Assembly (NCBI GenBank): GCA_963796275.1 | Contig: CAWCKY010000007.1 | Location: 64,001-128,000 of the forward strand | Length of the DNA: 64,000 bases | Reading direction: 5' to 3' | Source: an uncultured Acidobacteriota bacterium | GTDB lineage: Bacteria > Acidobacteriota > Blastocatellia > RBC074 | Shown here: piece by piece, positions 1 through 9,696 of the stretch | How positions within the stretch are numbered: position 1 is the first letter of the stretch | How the letters are laid out: every line of letters starts with the position of its first letter | Program-made: the position numbers and the translations under genes | Notes under the pieces: model-generated | Databases searched by the model: none | What the model was told of the DNA's origin: nothing | The model's input: the letters and a program-made list of their open reading frames with translations, nothing else

Positions 1-2
1 GA

Positions 3-380
3 GCTGCTTACAATTGGGTTCTTGAAGATGTAGGGAGCGGGCAGAAAGAAATTAAAAACGTCGGCACAGGTGAGTATATGCACATTGAAAACCTGGCCGG
101 TTTTGTTCAATGCGCCGCCCGCACCGTAGGTTGGATGAGCTCCCGCTGGACGACTGAGGATGCCGGAAGCGGATTCATCAGATTAAGAAACGTGTGGCAG
201 TCAAGTAACTATATTCACGTTGAGAACCTTGCGGGTCATGCACAGTACGGAACAATTTTTCCTGTGTGGGAGAGCGCACAATGGGTTCTTGAACCAGTTT
301 CCGGTGGAAGTGTGGCTATGGGAAATTCTTCTCAACCAGATTCTATCCAATTTCGGCCCACGAAACAGGCGCGGGAATAA
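3..380 (+). CDS. C-terminal end of a protein with ricin/beta-trefoil-like carbohydrate-binding repeats (5' partial)
   Basis: The frame is open from position 3 (AAYNWVLEDVGSGQKEIKNVGTGEYMHIEN...). Repeated Y-x-H-x-ENLAG and W-x-S-x-x-W-x-x-E units are typical of beta-trefoil lectin repeats. Confidence 0.6.
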   Translation, partial: AAYNWVLEDVGSGQKEIKNVGTGEYMHIENLAGFVQCAARTVGWMSSRWTTEDAGSGFIRLRNVWQSSNYIHVENLAGHAQYGTIFPVWESAQWVLEPVSGGSVAMGNSSQPDSIQFRPTKQARE

Positions 381-419
381 AGCCCTTTGTCGATGCCCAG
401 ATCTTTTCGAGATGCATTT

Positions 420-1000
420 TATTGTCGCGTGGCGTAACTATGAATTTAGCGATGCATTTTGCGATGTATTAGCGCACGGAAAGCCGGTAAAGCGCTTCTC
501 GTGGTTGAGAGCGCGGGAACTCAAGCGTCGATACGCGACGCGGGCAATCTCGCATGTCTACCGAGGGTTGAAACCTGGTCATTACCCAAACTTTTGCGCT
601 AATGGATCTCCGCCCCAACGGGGCGCAAGATTTACGCCCCGTTGGGGCGGAGATCGTATATCCAAAAAGAGTAAAAGTTTGGGTAATGACAAGAGGTTGA
701 AACCGGTTTCAACCCCAAGGAAGGCTTGAAGATATTCGCGCGTCGCGTAAACGACGCCTGAATCACCCGTCGCTGAAAAGATCTGCCACGGTGATTGAAA
801 CCTGTATAACCCACGGCTACATCCACACCTTCGCTACGCGACGATGAAAATGTGTCTTCCGTGAAATATCCGGGTTAACGACAAGGGGGATGAAACTGTT
901 TAAACTGCAGCTAAATTCACGTTGTCGTTAGGTGACGGCGTGAATGTTCATTTCGTGCAGAAAATCGTGCAGAAAATTAGGTAATGACAAGCGTATCGAA
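420..1000. repeat. REP-like palindrome cluster with a nested MITE-like element
   Basis: Palindromes include cgtcgatacgcgacg, cgccccaacggggcg/cgccccgttggggcg, cgtcgcgtaaacgacg and ttcgctacgcgacg. Segment ~704-805 is clearly homologous to ~60736-60812. Confidence 0.8.
575..693. mobile_element. MITE-like element with terminal inverted repeats and a possible 10-bp target duplication
   Basis: The ends ctggtcattacccaaactttt (575-595) and aaaagtttgggtaatgacaag (673-693) are inverted repeats. Flanks are gggttgaaac (565-574) and aggttgaaac (694-703). Confidence 0.6.
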
Positions 1001-1136
1001 CCGGGCTACGGCCTTGCATGCATTGCAAGATTCACCCGTAGTCGAAACGGTGGACAGAGAGAAGTTACTGTGGCACTTTAAGCCCCTGTAATTTTTATCC
1101 GATGGTCAAGAAGAAGCAGCGGCGACTCCATCAACT

Positions 1137-2825
1137 ATGTCCACTGAAAACTATCACCAGACTGCAGCCGAACCTGCGCCTCCGGCCGAACCGGAGATCA
1201 GAGCAGCTCTTTCGGCCATCATCGGCGGCCGCCAGTTTCAGAGCGCGAGCCGGTTATCCTCATTTCTCAATTACATCGTGCAAGAGACTCTTAAGGGCAA
1301 TGATCACTACCTGAAAGAGTACGTGCTCGGCACGGAGGTCTTTGGTCGGGCAGCGAATTACGATCCCCGCATTGATCCAATCGTCCGAAACTATGCCGTC
1401 AGATTACGTAAAAAGCTGGAAGAGTACTATGCGGAAAATCCCGATGCCTGCGATGTAATCATCTCGCTCCCAAAAGGTCACTATGTTCCGGTCTTCTCCA
1501 GGCGGACGGAGACTCTTCAGCGATCATCCGCTGAGAGCACGACGAGGCGCGTGATGGAGCAGGCTATCGAGCCTCAAAGCGTGAGCCTGCCGAACCGCGA
1601 TTTGAATGGCGAGATTCCGGCGACGGTTGAAAATCTCCGGCGAGACCGAGCAGTTGGCTGGTGGGCGGTCGCAATCGTGATGGCTCTCATCGCGATCGGG
1701 ACGGCCTTCGTCTGGGCGTTTTTGAATGGGGTTGAGCGGCGCAACAAGGCGGCGCCCGTCGAGACCGCGTTGAGCGGTTCTGCTCAAGCTGCTCAGGTCG
1801 CCGTTCCGCCCGAGATTGACGGATTGCCGGACACGGTGTGGGCTGGCCGTATCAATCAGCGGGTTGGGAAGCGGCTGAAGGGCAACGTATATCACAGCGC
1901 AAGCTTTGGCGTGCTATGGGACGTAGCTAATCTCTATTTGATGGTAGAGGTGCGCGATGGCGAACAGAGCGGTTCGGCGGCGCGAAAAAGAGACGAGGTT
2001 GAGATCTATCTGGACACCGGCAACCAGAGGGAACATAGCTACCGGGCGCACAATTATCAATTCATTCTGCCGGTTCAAGGCGGCGTCCCGACCGAGCAGA
2101 ACAGACGCACCGCCGGATTGAAGATGGCGACCGTGCGGGAGAACTGGGGGTATCGCATGGAAGCCGCAATTCCCTGGACAACCTTAGCAGTCACCGGCGA
2201 GGCCGGGCGTAAATTCGGTTTCGATCTCGGCGTCAGCCGCAGGGAGAAAGACGCCTCATTACTTATGTGGCATGGCACGGTTGACAATTGGTTCGATCCA
2301 TCCGGATTTGGCAACTTGATGCTGGCTTCCGACCTGGTCAACGCGGCAATGACGACCGTCCTTCCATCAGCGGAGCCGCAGTCTACGGCCGGTCAGGACA
2401 ATCGGTCGGTATTGCGAATCGTCAGCCAGGCGAATAATGAAGCAGGGGCAATCGTAAGGTTCGAGCTTCCATCTCTGCCGGCGCGAGTGTTGAGCGCCAA
2501 ATTGCGCTTGTACTGCGCCGGATTGAAGGCGTCGGGCCGCGGACAGGTCGTCCGTGTCTACGGCAAATTTGCAATGAGTCGTCAATTCGGCGCGCCGGGG
2601 GAGCAAGGGCCGTCGTCGTTCCAATCCGCCATTCTGATCAGTGCCCCGGCGATGTGGTACGAATGGGATGTCACACCAGTCGTCCGTCAGGCGGTAGAAG
2701 GTCGCAGCCGATATATTGAGATGATCCTTCGTGCCAGAGATGCCGAGGATACTGGAAACGGATGGGCGGATATCTCCAGCGGAAGCGCTTCAGGACAAGA
2801 ACCGCGGCTGGCACTGGAATATTGA
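1137..2825 (+). CDS. Membrane-anchored putative regulator: N-terminal wHTH-like domain, one TM helix, CBM9/DOMON-like sugar-binding domain and DNRLRE-like C-terminal domain
   Basis: N-terminal RLSSFLNYIV...LKEYVLGTEVFGR...YDPRIDPIVR...RLRKKLEEYY...LPKGHYVPVF. TM segment WWAVAIVMALIAIGTAFVWAFL. CBM9-like LWDVANLYLMVEVRD...DEVEIYLD...YRMEAAIPW...GFDLGV. C-terminal SAKLRLY...WYEWDVT...EPRLALEY. Confidence 0.75.
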   Translation: MSTENYHQTAAEPAPPAEPEIRAALSAIIGGRQFQSASRLSSFLNYIVQETLKGNDHYLKEYVLGTEVFGRAANYDPRIDPIVRNYAVRLRKKLEEYYAENPDACDVIISLPKGHYVPVFSRRTETLQRSSAESTTRRVMEQAIEPQSVSLPNRDLNGEIPATVENLRRDRAVGWWAVAIVMALIAIGTAFVWAFLNGVERRNKAAPVETALSGSAQAAQVAVPPEIDGLPDTVWAGRINQRVGKRLKGNVYHSASFGVLWDVANLYLMVEVRDGEQSGSAARKRDEVEIYLDTGNQREHSYRAHNYQFILPVQGGVPTEQNRRTAGLKMATVRENWGYRMEAAIPWTTLAVTGEAGRKFGFDLGVSRREKDASLLMWHGTVDNWFDPSGFGNLMLASDLVNAAMTTVLPSAEPQSTAGQDNRSVLRIVSQANNEAGAIVRFELPSLPARVLSAKLRLYCAGLKASGRGQVVRVYGKFAMSRQFGAPGEQGPSSFQSAILISAPAMWYEWDVTPVVRQAVEGRSRYIEMILRARDAEDTGNGWADISSGSASGQEPRLALEY

Positions 2826-2909
2826 TAACTCGTTTTTTCTCAATTGAGTTACCGTAAAACAAATCTTGTTACTTAGAGGGAACGACCGATTCCATATAGA
2901 AGTGTAAAC

Positions 2910-4289
2910 ATGAATGTTGATAATCTGAGAGTGACACTAAAATCCGTACCTGTCGTGATCGCGCTAATGCTCATCGGTCTTATCGGGATAGCAATGGCTT
3001 TCACTCTTCAATTTCGTGAGCGGTTCACGCCTGCTGGTACCGGGGCACCCGTCACTTTGACCATGTGGTACCTGGGCGCAGGAAGTCACCACGAAAAACG
3101 TTTCACCGACGAGTTGGTACGCCGTTACGAACAGGAACATCCGGGCGTCGAGGTCCTGGTCACCTACTACAACAGCCTCGATGAATACATTCGCATTATC
3201 AAAAGCGCGCTGTCGGGAGAGACGGCCTTTCCGGATCTGGCGTGCGGCGATCAGGGATCGCATTCGGTCGATGCGCTCATTCGTCAAGGTCGTCTGGTCG
3301 ATCTGAGCGATGAAGCGACCCGGCGCGATTGGAGATATCGTTTACAGCCGGAAATGCTCGAATACCTCGGTCGTCGTTACACCGGCGGAACATTTCTGAT
3401 TCCTTCGCGGATTCATTTCGCTGGGATTTTTTACAATCGGCAGGTCTTTGAAAAGCTCGGTCTGCAGATTCCCAGAACCGAGGCGGAATTTGAATCACTG
3501 CTGGGGCGGCTCAAAAGGGAAGGTCAGACCCCGCTGATGATCGGTGAAAAAGCGGGTGATCAACTGCTCTTCCACTGGTACGCGCTGATCAACAACCGTG
3601 TCAATCTGATCAATCGGCCGGCGCGCGAGATCCTCGGCGACCTCTTCGCCGGTAAAAATTCAGTAGCTTTCGACTCGGAGCCATTCAGACAAGGGGCCGA
3701 GAAGATGAAGGAGTGGATGAAGCGCGGTTATTTCAACCGTGATTTCGCCAGCCTCACCAGCGATGGGGCTTATGACCGTTTCCTCGCAGGGAAATCCCCG
3801 TTGTACCTCGGTCTGGGAGGAAGTTGGGCGCAAGAGAGAGAACGCGCGCATCCGCCACAGTTCGTCATCGGGTTTTTCCCTTTTCCGCCGGCCGAGTTGG
3901 GGAAGCGTGCCATCGCCACCGGTTCACCTACTGCCGTCTGGCAGGTATTTAAAGGCAATGATCAGGCGGCGGCCATTGAGCTGACCGATTGGATGCTAAG
4001 TCGTGAAGTCGGCCGGTTCCTGATCGAAAATCAAAATCTACCGGCGCTGCGAGTCGATGACCTGCGCGGCATTTCACTTGCACCTCACCTGCTCGATGAA
4101 CTTTCGGCTTTCAAGGAATGCGACCTCGGCATCTTTTATGACAATGCCAGCCCAGCGCTGCGCGCGGTCATGAAAGAGGGGCTGACACAATTGATGACCG
4201 GAGAGAAGTCCGTCAATGGGCTGGTAACCGAGACCCAGGCGACATTTCAAAAGGATATCAATTCTTCTCCGCTCAGCATCGCCCGATAA
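2910..4289 (+). CDS. Extracellular sugar-binding protein (ABC SBP family 1-like) with no adjacent permease
   Basis: Hydrophobic N-terminus, then RYEQEHPGVEV and GIFYNRQVFEKLGLQIPRT motifs of carbohydrate SBPs. Confidence 0.8.
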   Translation: MNVDNLRVTLKSVPVVIALMLIGLIGIAMAFTLQFRERFTPAGTGAPVTLTMWYLGAGSHHEKRFTDELVRRYEQEHPGVEVLVTYYNSLDEYIRIIKSALSGETAFPDLACGDQGSHSVDALIRQGRLVDLSDEATRRDWRYRLQPEMLEYLGRRYTGGTFLIPSRIHFAGIFYNRQVFEKLGLQIPRTEAEFESLLGRLKREGQTPLMIGEKAGDQLLFHWYALINNRVNLINRPAREILGDLFAGKNSVAFDSEPFRQGAEKMKEWMKRGYFNRDFASLTSDGAYDRFLAGKSPLYLGLGGSWAQERERAHPPQFVIGFFPFPPAELGKRAIATGSPTAVWQVFKGNDQAAAIELTDWMLSREVGRFLIENQNLPALRVDDLRGISLAPHLLDELSAFKECDLGIFYDNASPALRAVMKEGLTQLMTGEKSVNGLVTETQATFQKDINSSPLSIAR

Positions 4290-4380
4290 CTCGGCCACCT
4301 TTAGTATCGCTAATGTTGACGATCCGGCGAGCAAACACGCGCACCAAGAACAGCGATCGGGGAAGGTTATGAAACAGATA

Positions 4381-5556
4381 TTATTTCACTTTTGTTTCAG
4401 CCTTGTTCTTTGACATTCCGTCCACTCTTTCAAAATTGGTTTTGTAGATCGGCAAATTCGGATCGTTGTTCTTTGTGCCGATTTGTATGGCTTTCTCATA
4501 ATTCGGACGTGCCAGTTCGAGCTTACCGCTCTTTTCATAGGCTTCGGCCAAACTATCATAGACATTGGCTGACCCGGGAAATCTCTCGACGTTAATCTTA
4601 AATGCCTTTATGGCTTCATCCATCTTGCCGTCACCCATCAACGCGTATCCGATGCTATTCATCAACTGTTCCGGCATCAAGATCGTGTAGCCGAATTTCG
4701 CCGTCAACTTTTGGTAATGCTCCTCGGCGGCATTCACGCCCTGCCTGGCAATCGCGGGCGAGACTTGCCATCCATCGAAAATTTTCTTGAAGCCGAAATA
4801 ATGGCTGCGCAATACGACCGATCCGTGATCTTCGTCTTCCATGAGCATCGAATCCCACTCGAACTCCGGTATCCTGTTTTTGGCGAGGATGTTTTTGAAC
4901 CGGTCAAATCCTTCGCGCATCGCCCCGCCTTCGTTGGCCATCGTAAAATAGAGGGTCTTGTTCAATTCTTTGCGGTCTTTGAAGAACTCTTCGGCCCTGC
5001 GGCACATCAACTGGTTGTCCCAGTGCAGAGACGGGCTGACTGCGATGAAACTATTGAAGACCTCCGGGCGTGTCAGAAAGGAGTTGATCGCAAATAACCC
5101 GCCGAACGAATGCCCGGCAAAGACGCGATAGGGCTGTGTGCGATAACTGCCTTCTATCTTTGGGATCAATTCGGTCTCGATAAATTTCAGGAATTTGTCC
5201 GCCCCTCCGCTGGTTGGAAATTGTATCGGCTCGTTCCTTTCACGCGTCGGTGTCAGATCACGCGTACGATCAGTATTGGTGATCGCAACGACGATCATCT
5301 CCGGCATACGGCCATTCCGCGAAAGGAATTCTATCGTGCTGACGGTATGACCAAGCTGAGCCAGGCCATCGGTCATATAGAGAACCGGGTATCGGTGGCC
5401 ATCGCGCTCGTATCCTGGTGGTGTGCGAACGAGCACAATCCGCTCCTCGCCCAGCACTTCGGATTTAATGGTGACGCGCTCACTCGACCCGTAATTCTGC
5501 GCGAAAGCAGTTGCAGTCAATGAGCAAAGAAACAGGAACAGACAACAATGTTTCAT
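4381..5556 (-). CDS. Secreted alpha/beta-hydrolase (IroE-like esterase) with C-terminal TPR
   Basis: Signal peptide, YPVLYMTDG, DRTRDLTP, nucleophile motif GHSFGG, and TPR-like NVYDSLAEAY. Confidence 0.85.
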   Translation of the reverse strand: MKHCCLFLFLCSLTATAFAQNYGSSERVTIKSEVLGEERIVLVRTPPGYERDGHRYPVLYMTDGLAQLGHTVSTIEFLSRNGRMPEMIVVAITNTDRTRDLTPTRERNEPIQFPTSGGADKFLKFIETELIPKIEGSYRTQPYRVFAGHSFGGLFAINSFLTRPEVFNSFIAVSPSLHWDNQLMCRRAEEFFKDRKELNKTLYFTMANEGGAMREGFDRFKNILAKNRIPEFEWDSMLMEDEDHGSVVLRSHYFGFKKIFDGWQVSPAIARQGVNAAEEHYQKLTAKFGYTILMPEQLMNSIGYALMGDGKMDEAIKAFKINVERFPGSANVYDSLAEAYEKSGKLELARPNYEKAIQIGTKNNDPNLPIYKTNFERVDGMSKNKAETKVK

Positions 5557-5775
5557 ATTTGCCTCCTTCTGAGGTAAGGGCTATTGAACTTCCGGTTGAA
5601 ATGCGATTGCGGAAGGACATAGTTTAAACCGGGAAGCAGCTACCGGCTGATTCTGGTTTGCTGATTGAAAACAATTTTTACGACATTTTACATCGCACCT
5701 GGGCGCATTTTTTAATAGCCTTCCATCTCTAGAGTCTTATTAGATCCGCCAGAAATGGCCCTTGGGTGACATCAG

Positions 5776-7815
5776 TTATGGTTTCCAGCCCGGTAGCGAG
5801 ACGGTTGCGCGATAGTTAGAGTCGTTGTACATGGGGTTGCGTACCGGTTTATATATCTGCTTGCCAGTGAATGGCCTGTCTTGCGTATATATCCACACGG
5901 AATCCGAATCCCACACTATGATTTCGTCACGCTCATCGCCCGTGACGTTCAAAACCTGATACGCGAGATCAGGATGCCCGTCGTTCGGGAACATGACCAC
6001 GCGCCGCAATTGCCCGTCGATCATCCCACCTTCCTTCAAATTCGCACTGAGCATCGCGAATTCGTGCCCATCGCCGCGCCAATTCACCGGCTGTAGATGG
6101 CTTGAGCCGGGAATGAGCTCTTCTTGTGCGAGAATATTAGCCTCAGCGTCGAACAGCGTCACAATCCCCGTATTGCGCCAAAAATTGGCAGTCATAATCT
6201 GCAGACCGTTCGCCTCGGGCCGATACTTGCCGACGCTTTGCGTCTGCGCGTGCCCGATGCGCACCTGTTTCACGATCTTTCCATCAGCGGAGATCACGAC
6301 GAAACCCTCATCACTTCCGCAGGAGTAGATTCGAGGCCGCGCCTGCGGATCGTCCGTGTAATTTCCGGCAGAGATAGCATCAGTATGGTCATTCATCTCC
6401 GCATCGCGCGACCAGAGCTGTTTGCCCGTCCCGTTCCATAAGGAAAACCCGATCACGAACTCGTCCTTACCGTCACCGTCGAAATCATAGGGATATGGAT
6501 AGTGTCCGGTCTGCCCCTTACCCGTCCACAACAGCTTTAGTTGATTGTCGAACACCCAGAAAGTACGGTAACGATCCTTTAACAGCAGCTCCTGGCGACC
6601 CTTTCTCCCCGACAGATTCAGGAAGATTATCGAGTCGCCGCTGTTCAGCTCGTACGGCCGCTCCCTGTTGTCTGACGGTGCGTTAGGCATCCAGGCGCGC
6701 TGGCGCACCTTGCCGGTCGCTCCCTCCAGCACCTGAATCTGAAAGTCCTTCACCATGACGACTTCATTCTTTCCATCACCGTCAATGTCGTGAATCTGGA
6801 ACGGAGTGTCGTTGGTCAGTAAGGTATTGCGCGGATCGGGGCGGCCGATCTGCCAAAGTACCTTGCCATCGAAATTGACGGCGGTTAGACAGCTGATATG
6901 GTCAAACGCATCTCCGCGCACCTTCGGAATATTCTGCGCGATCAATAGATCGGTGCGTCCGTCGCCATCCAGATCCCCGAAACGCACGTTACGCCCCGCA
7001 CCGTATATCGGAGTGCGAAACTTCTTCCAGAGCTTCGGCTGCGGATTGGATGCTCGGAGCGATGTCAGCTCCTTCTCGCGTGCGACGATAGCGCTGCGGA
7101 TACGCTTCTCGACGGCATCGGGCGCAGATACTACGAATTCGGTGAATCTTGCGGGAACGTTTGCCGTAATGCCTGCACGCCCGCTCAGTATCTCCCCATC
7201 ATCCGCCTCGATGACCAGTTTGCCATCGAAATATGCGCGAATCTTCGCTCCTTCGTTTTCTATCCTCAATTCGTGGTATTGCCTGATATCGTAAGATACG
7301 TCGGCGGCTCCGAGTTCCTTCCAGTCTATCACGCGCAACTTCTGTTCGATCGGCAGCCGCAGCGCCAGACGCGCTTTCTTACCGCCCGAGATAGAGAATA
7401 TGTAGTAATGGCGGTTCGTGTGATACCGGAACACGATGCCGGCTGATTCCGCGAGCGACAGTGGCCGGACTCTCGCCGAAACTGTGTAACTGGTCCACGA
7501 TGGATCGCCAGTTACGAATAGCGGTTGCCAGCGCTCCGGCTGGTCATGCAGGAGATGTTGTTCGAGATATGTTTTGCCGTCCTCGTCGCCTGCCACCCAC
7601 GAGTCATTATGCGTGATCGGGTTATACCACGGGAAAGCCGGCACACCACGATGAGGCAGATAGTGATATTCCTGAATGGCTCCATTCAGCAAGCCGACCG
7701 GCTTCGAGAGCCAACCGGGTGGGAATCTCGAGAAATCGTCCCGAAATAGCTCGACCGAAGGCGGTGCGCCGAGAGAGAGTAGGGCTGTGATTGTGAGCAA
7801 CAGGATCAGGCGCAT
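5776..7815 (-). CDS. Secreted protein: lectin-like (DUF1080/LamG-like) N-terminal domain plus FG-GAP beta-propeller resembling rhamnogalacturonan lyase PL11
   Basis: Signal peptide. Ca-binding repeats GDLDGDGRTD, DIDGDGKNE and DFDGDGKDE, with GQTGHYP and GHAQ motifs. Confidence 0.65.
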   Translation of the reverse strand: MRLILLLTITALLSLGAPPSVELFRDDFSRFPPGWLSKPVGLLNGAIQEYHYLPHRGVPAFPWYNPITHNDSWVAGDEDGKTYLEQHLLHDQPERWQPLFVTGDPSWTSYTVSARVRPLSLAESAGIVFRYHTNRHYYIFSISGGKKARLALRLPIEQKLRVIDWKELGAADVSYDIRQYHELRIENEGAKIRAYFDGKLVIEADDGEILSGRAGITANVPARFTEFVVSAPDAVEKRIRSAIVAREKELTSLRASNPQPKLWKKFRTPIYGAGRNVRFGDLDGDGRTDLLIAQNIPKVRGDAFDHISCLTAVNFDGKVLWQIGRPDPRNTLLTNDTPFQIHDIDGDGKNEVVMVKDFQIQVLEGATGKVRQRAWMPNAPSDNRERPYELNSGDSIIFLNLSGRKGRQELLLKDRYRTFWVFDNQLKLLWTGKGQTGHYPYPYDFDGDGKDEFVIGFSLWNGTGKQLWSRDAEMNDHTDAISAGNYTDDPQARPRIYSCGSDEGFVVISADGKIVKQVRIGHAQTQSVGKYRPEANGLQIMTANFWRNTGIVTLFDAEANILAQEELIPGSSHLQPVNWRGDGHEFAMLSANLKEGGMIDGQLRRVVMFPNDGHPDLAYQVLNVTGDERDEIIVWDSDSVWIYTQDRPFTGKQIYKPVRNPMYNDSNYRATVSLPGWKP

Positions 7816-8181
7816 ATGTCAAAGTCCAAACGGGAAGTGAAGTGGTATTCCGTGCGTGTACCGCCAGCAAGGTGCAGGTACTCAAAGTCAACGACCCGAC
7901 AAGAATACGCAAAGTATGTATTTTCTCTATCACTGTTTCGGTGGTAGTTGCGGTATTGTCTCTGCTGACCGAAATACTCCCCATAATCAGACCGGGTGGT
8001 CAGAGAGGCTAACACGCTTCTGGTTTGAGGTTCAATTGATCGCCAGAATAGACTGATTTTCTTTTTCATTTGCGGGTTGAGCCGGGCAGCGGCGTTGTTA
8101 CCGCCGACCATCCCGGCCCACAGCCGGATCGAAAAGATGGCTCCTGCTTCAGTTGGATGGAAACGCGATGACCAGCATGCT

Positions 8182-8221
8182 GGGGAACACGGCGAATGTA
8201 ACAAATTTACCCGTGTTCCCC
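8182..8221. terminator. Hairpin with an 11-bp perfect stem downstream of the 8325-9377 gene
   Basis: ggggaacacgg ... ccgtgttcccc. No clear U-tract. Confidence 0.4.
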
Positions 8222-8324
8222 GTCTTCAGCGGTTAGTAACGGGCAGGAGCCTGTGTATCCACTTTCTGCTATCTACTGATCGCTGTTTTCACAGGGACGC
8301 GCCACACCTTCGTCACGCGCTGAC

Positions 8325-9377
8325 CTAACGGCAGCTGAGGAGCGCCGTCTTAACCGCATTCAATATTGCGTTGGGATTTACGACGTGCAGATTATGTACG
8401 GTATCGGCGCCATTGACCGTAAAGAACAGCCTCCCGTTTTGATCCTGAGTGATAAAGGAATAGAGGTCTCTATGTTCAGTAGGGAAGACGTAGAGTCCAT
8501 CCTGCTCAAATGTCACAACTGAGGCTACTGTGCCTCGATTTAGCGAGAAGATGCCCTGGCTGATTGTAGGACGAGAGCCGGTGGCTCCAATGAGATCAGC
8601 TCCCACAGTAGCTGAATCAAGCGAGATGTACCCTTTGGCAACGGCTTCTTCCGGAGTAGTTGCATTGAGGGGGATGTTGCCGGCCCGGTCGCCGTAGAAC
8701 AGCGAAACCCAGACCGGAGGGGGAATATCCAGTACGCTTCCCAGGACCGGATCCTGCCTGACGAATTGTGCGACCAGCGGGCCGGCCGCGCCGCTATCGA
8801 CGAAGGCCCAGGGCAGCGGCCCGGGAATATCGGGAACAAGAAAGATGGCACCTCTGATACCGAATTTGCTGCTCAACGTGACGCCCTGATCGATCAATCT
8901 TTGTTGCGCTAACATTATGATCTCTGCTCCCAGGCTATGGCCCAGCAGGACGTTCGGCCGTATTCCAAGTTGCGGAAGTTTATCGAGAGAGGCCAGCAGA
9001 GAAGTGACATAATCATTTATCGTGAGGCTCCCAAACTGAATGCCATTGGGATAGCCGCTGTTTCCGTGACCGGGGTAATTTAACAACACCGCCTTCGAAA
9101 CCAAAAAACCAAAATTGTCCGAGAAGATCGCCTGAGTCAGAGGCTTGAAGGTATTCGCCGTTTGCCCAGTGCCATTTAGAAAAAGCACTTGTAATCCGAA
9201 GTTGGGATTGCGGGGGTTTACCACTACCGTTGCGCCCATCTGCACCGAGACATTGTCTCTCAGCTGGATCTGAAAATTAATGTCATGCGCGGGCGGTTCA
9301 GATGCAGATATACGCGACACATTGCCGCCAATAACTAGAAACATCCCGGCCAGAAAAACTTGAAACATCGTTTTCAT
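8325..9377 (-). CDS. Secreted alpha/beta-hydrolase fold protein
   Basis: Signal peptide, NYPGHGNS, nucleophile GHSLG, and a late His (DTVHN). Confidence 0.75.
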   Translation of the reverse strand: MKTMFQVFLAGMFLVIGGNVSRISASEPPAHDINFQIQLRDNVSVQMGATVVVNPRNPNFGLQVLFLNGTGQTANTFKPLTQAIFSDNFGFLVSKAVLLNYPGHGNSGYPNGIQFGSLTINDYVTSLLASLDKLPQLGIRPNVLLGHSLGAEIIMLAQQRLIDQGVTLSSKFGIRGAIFLVPDIPGPLPWAFVDSGAAGPLVAQFVRQDPVLGSVLDIPPPVWVSLFYGDRAGNIPLNATTPEEAVAKGYISLDSATVGADLIGATGSRPTISQGIFSLNRGTVASVVTFEQDGLYVFPTEHRDLYSFITQDQNGRLFFTVNGADTVHNLHVVNPNAILNAVKTALLSCR

Positions 9378-9563
9378 AAAGTTGATGTACCTCGCTAATT
9401 TTATTGGGGCATTCTTTCGCGTTGTGGGTAGGAAAATGGCCTTTCAAACAAACCAGGGCCAACTTTCTTAAGTAATAAGTTATACGAACTGATTTTACAC
9501 GACTCAATCTCGATTGTACGGTTCGTCTCCACGAATTTGCGAAAAAATTGTTTCGTCGCAACG

Positions 9564-9668
9564 GTTGTTGCACACACGTCTTAGGGATTCGACGCGGCGG
9601 TTGCCGCACGCCCGCCTCAGGGAGCGACACGGCGATTGTTGCACACACTCTCAGGGGATTACGCGGCA
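9564..9668. repeat. Three imperfect ~35-bp tandem repeats
   Basis: gttgttgcacacacgtcttagggattcgacgcggcg / gttgccgcacgcccgcctcagggagcgacacggcg / attgttgcacacactctcaggggattacgcggca. Confidence 0.65.
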
Positions 9669-9696
9669 ATTTTTTATGCAACCTGTTTATGATCAC

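Noticed and set aside
220-826. ORFs 220-729 and 632-826, and similarly 60251-61194
   Set aside because: They run through REP palindromes and have no protein-like features.
9564-9668. CRISPR array
   Set aside because: The repeats are contiguous with no spacers, they are degenerate, and there are no cas genes in the window.
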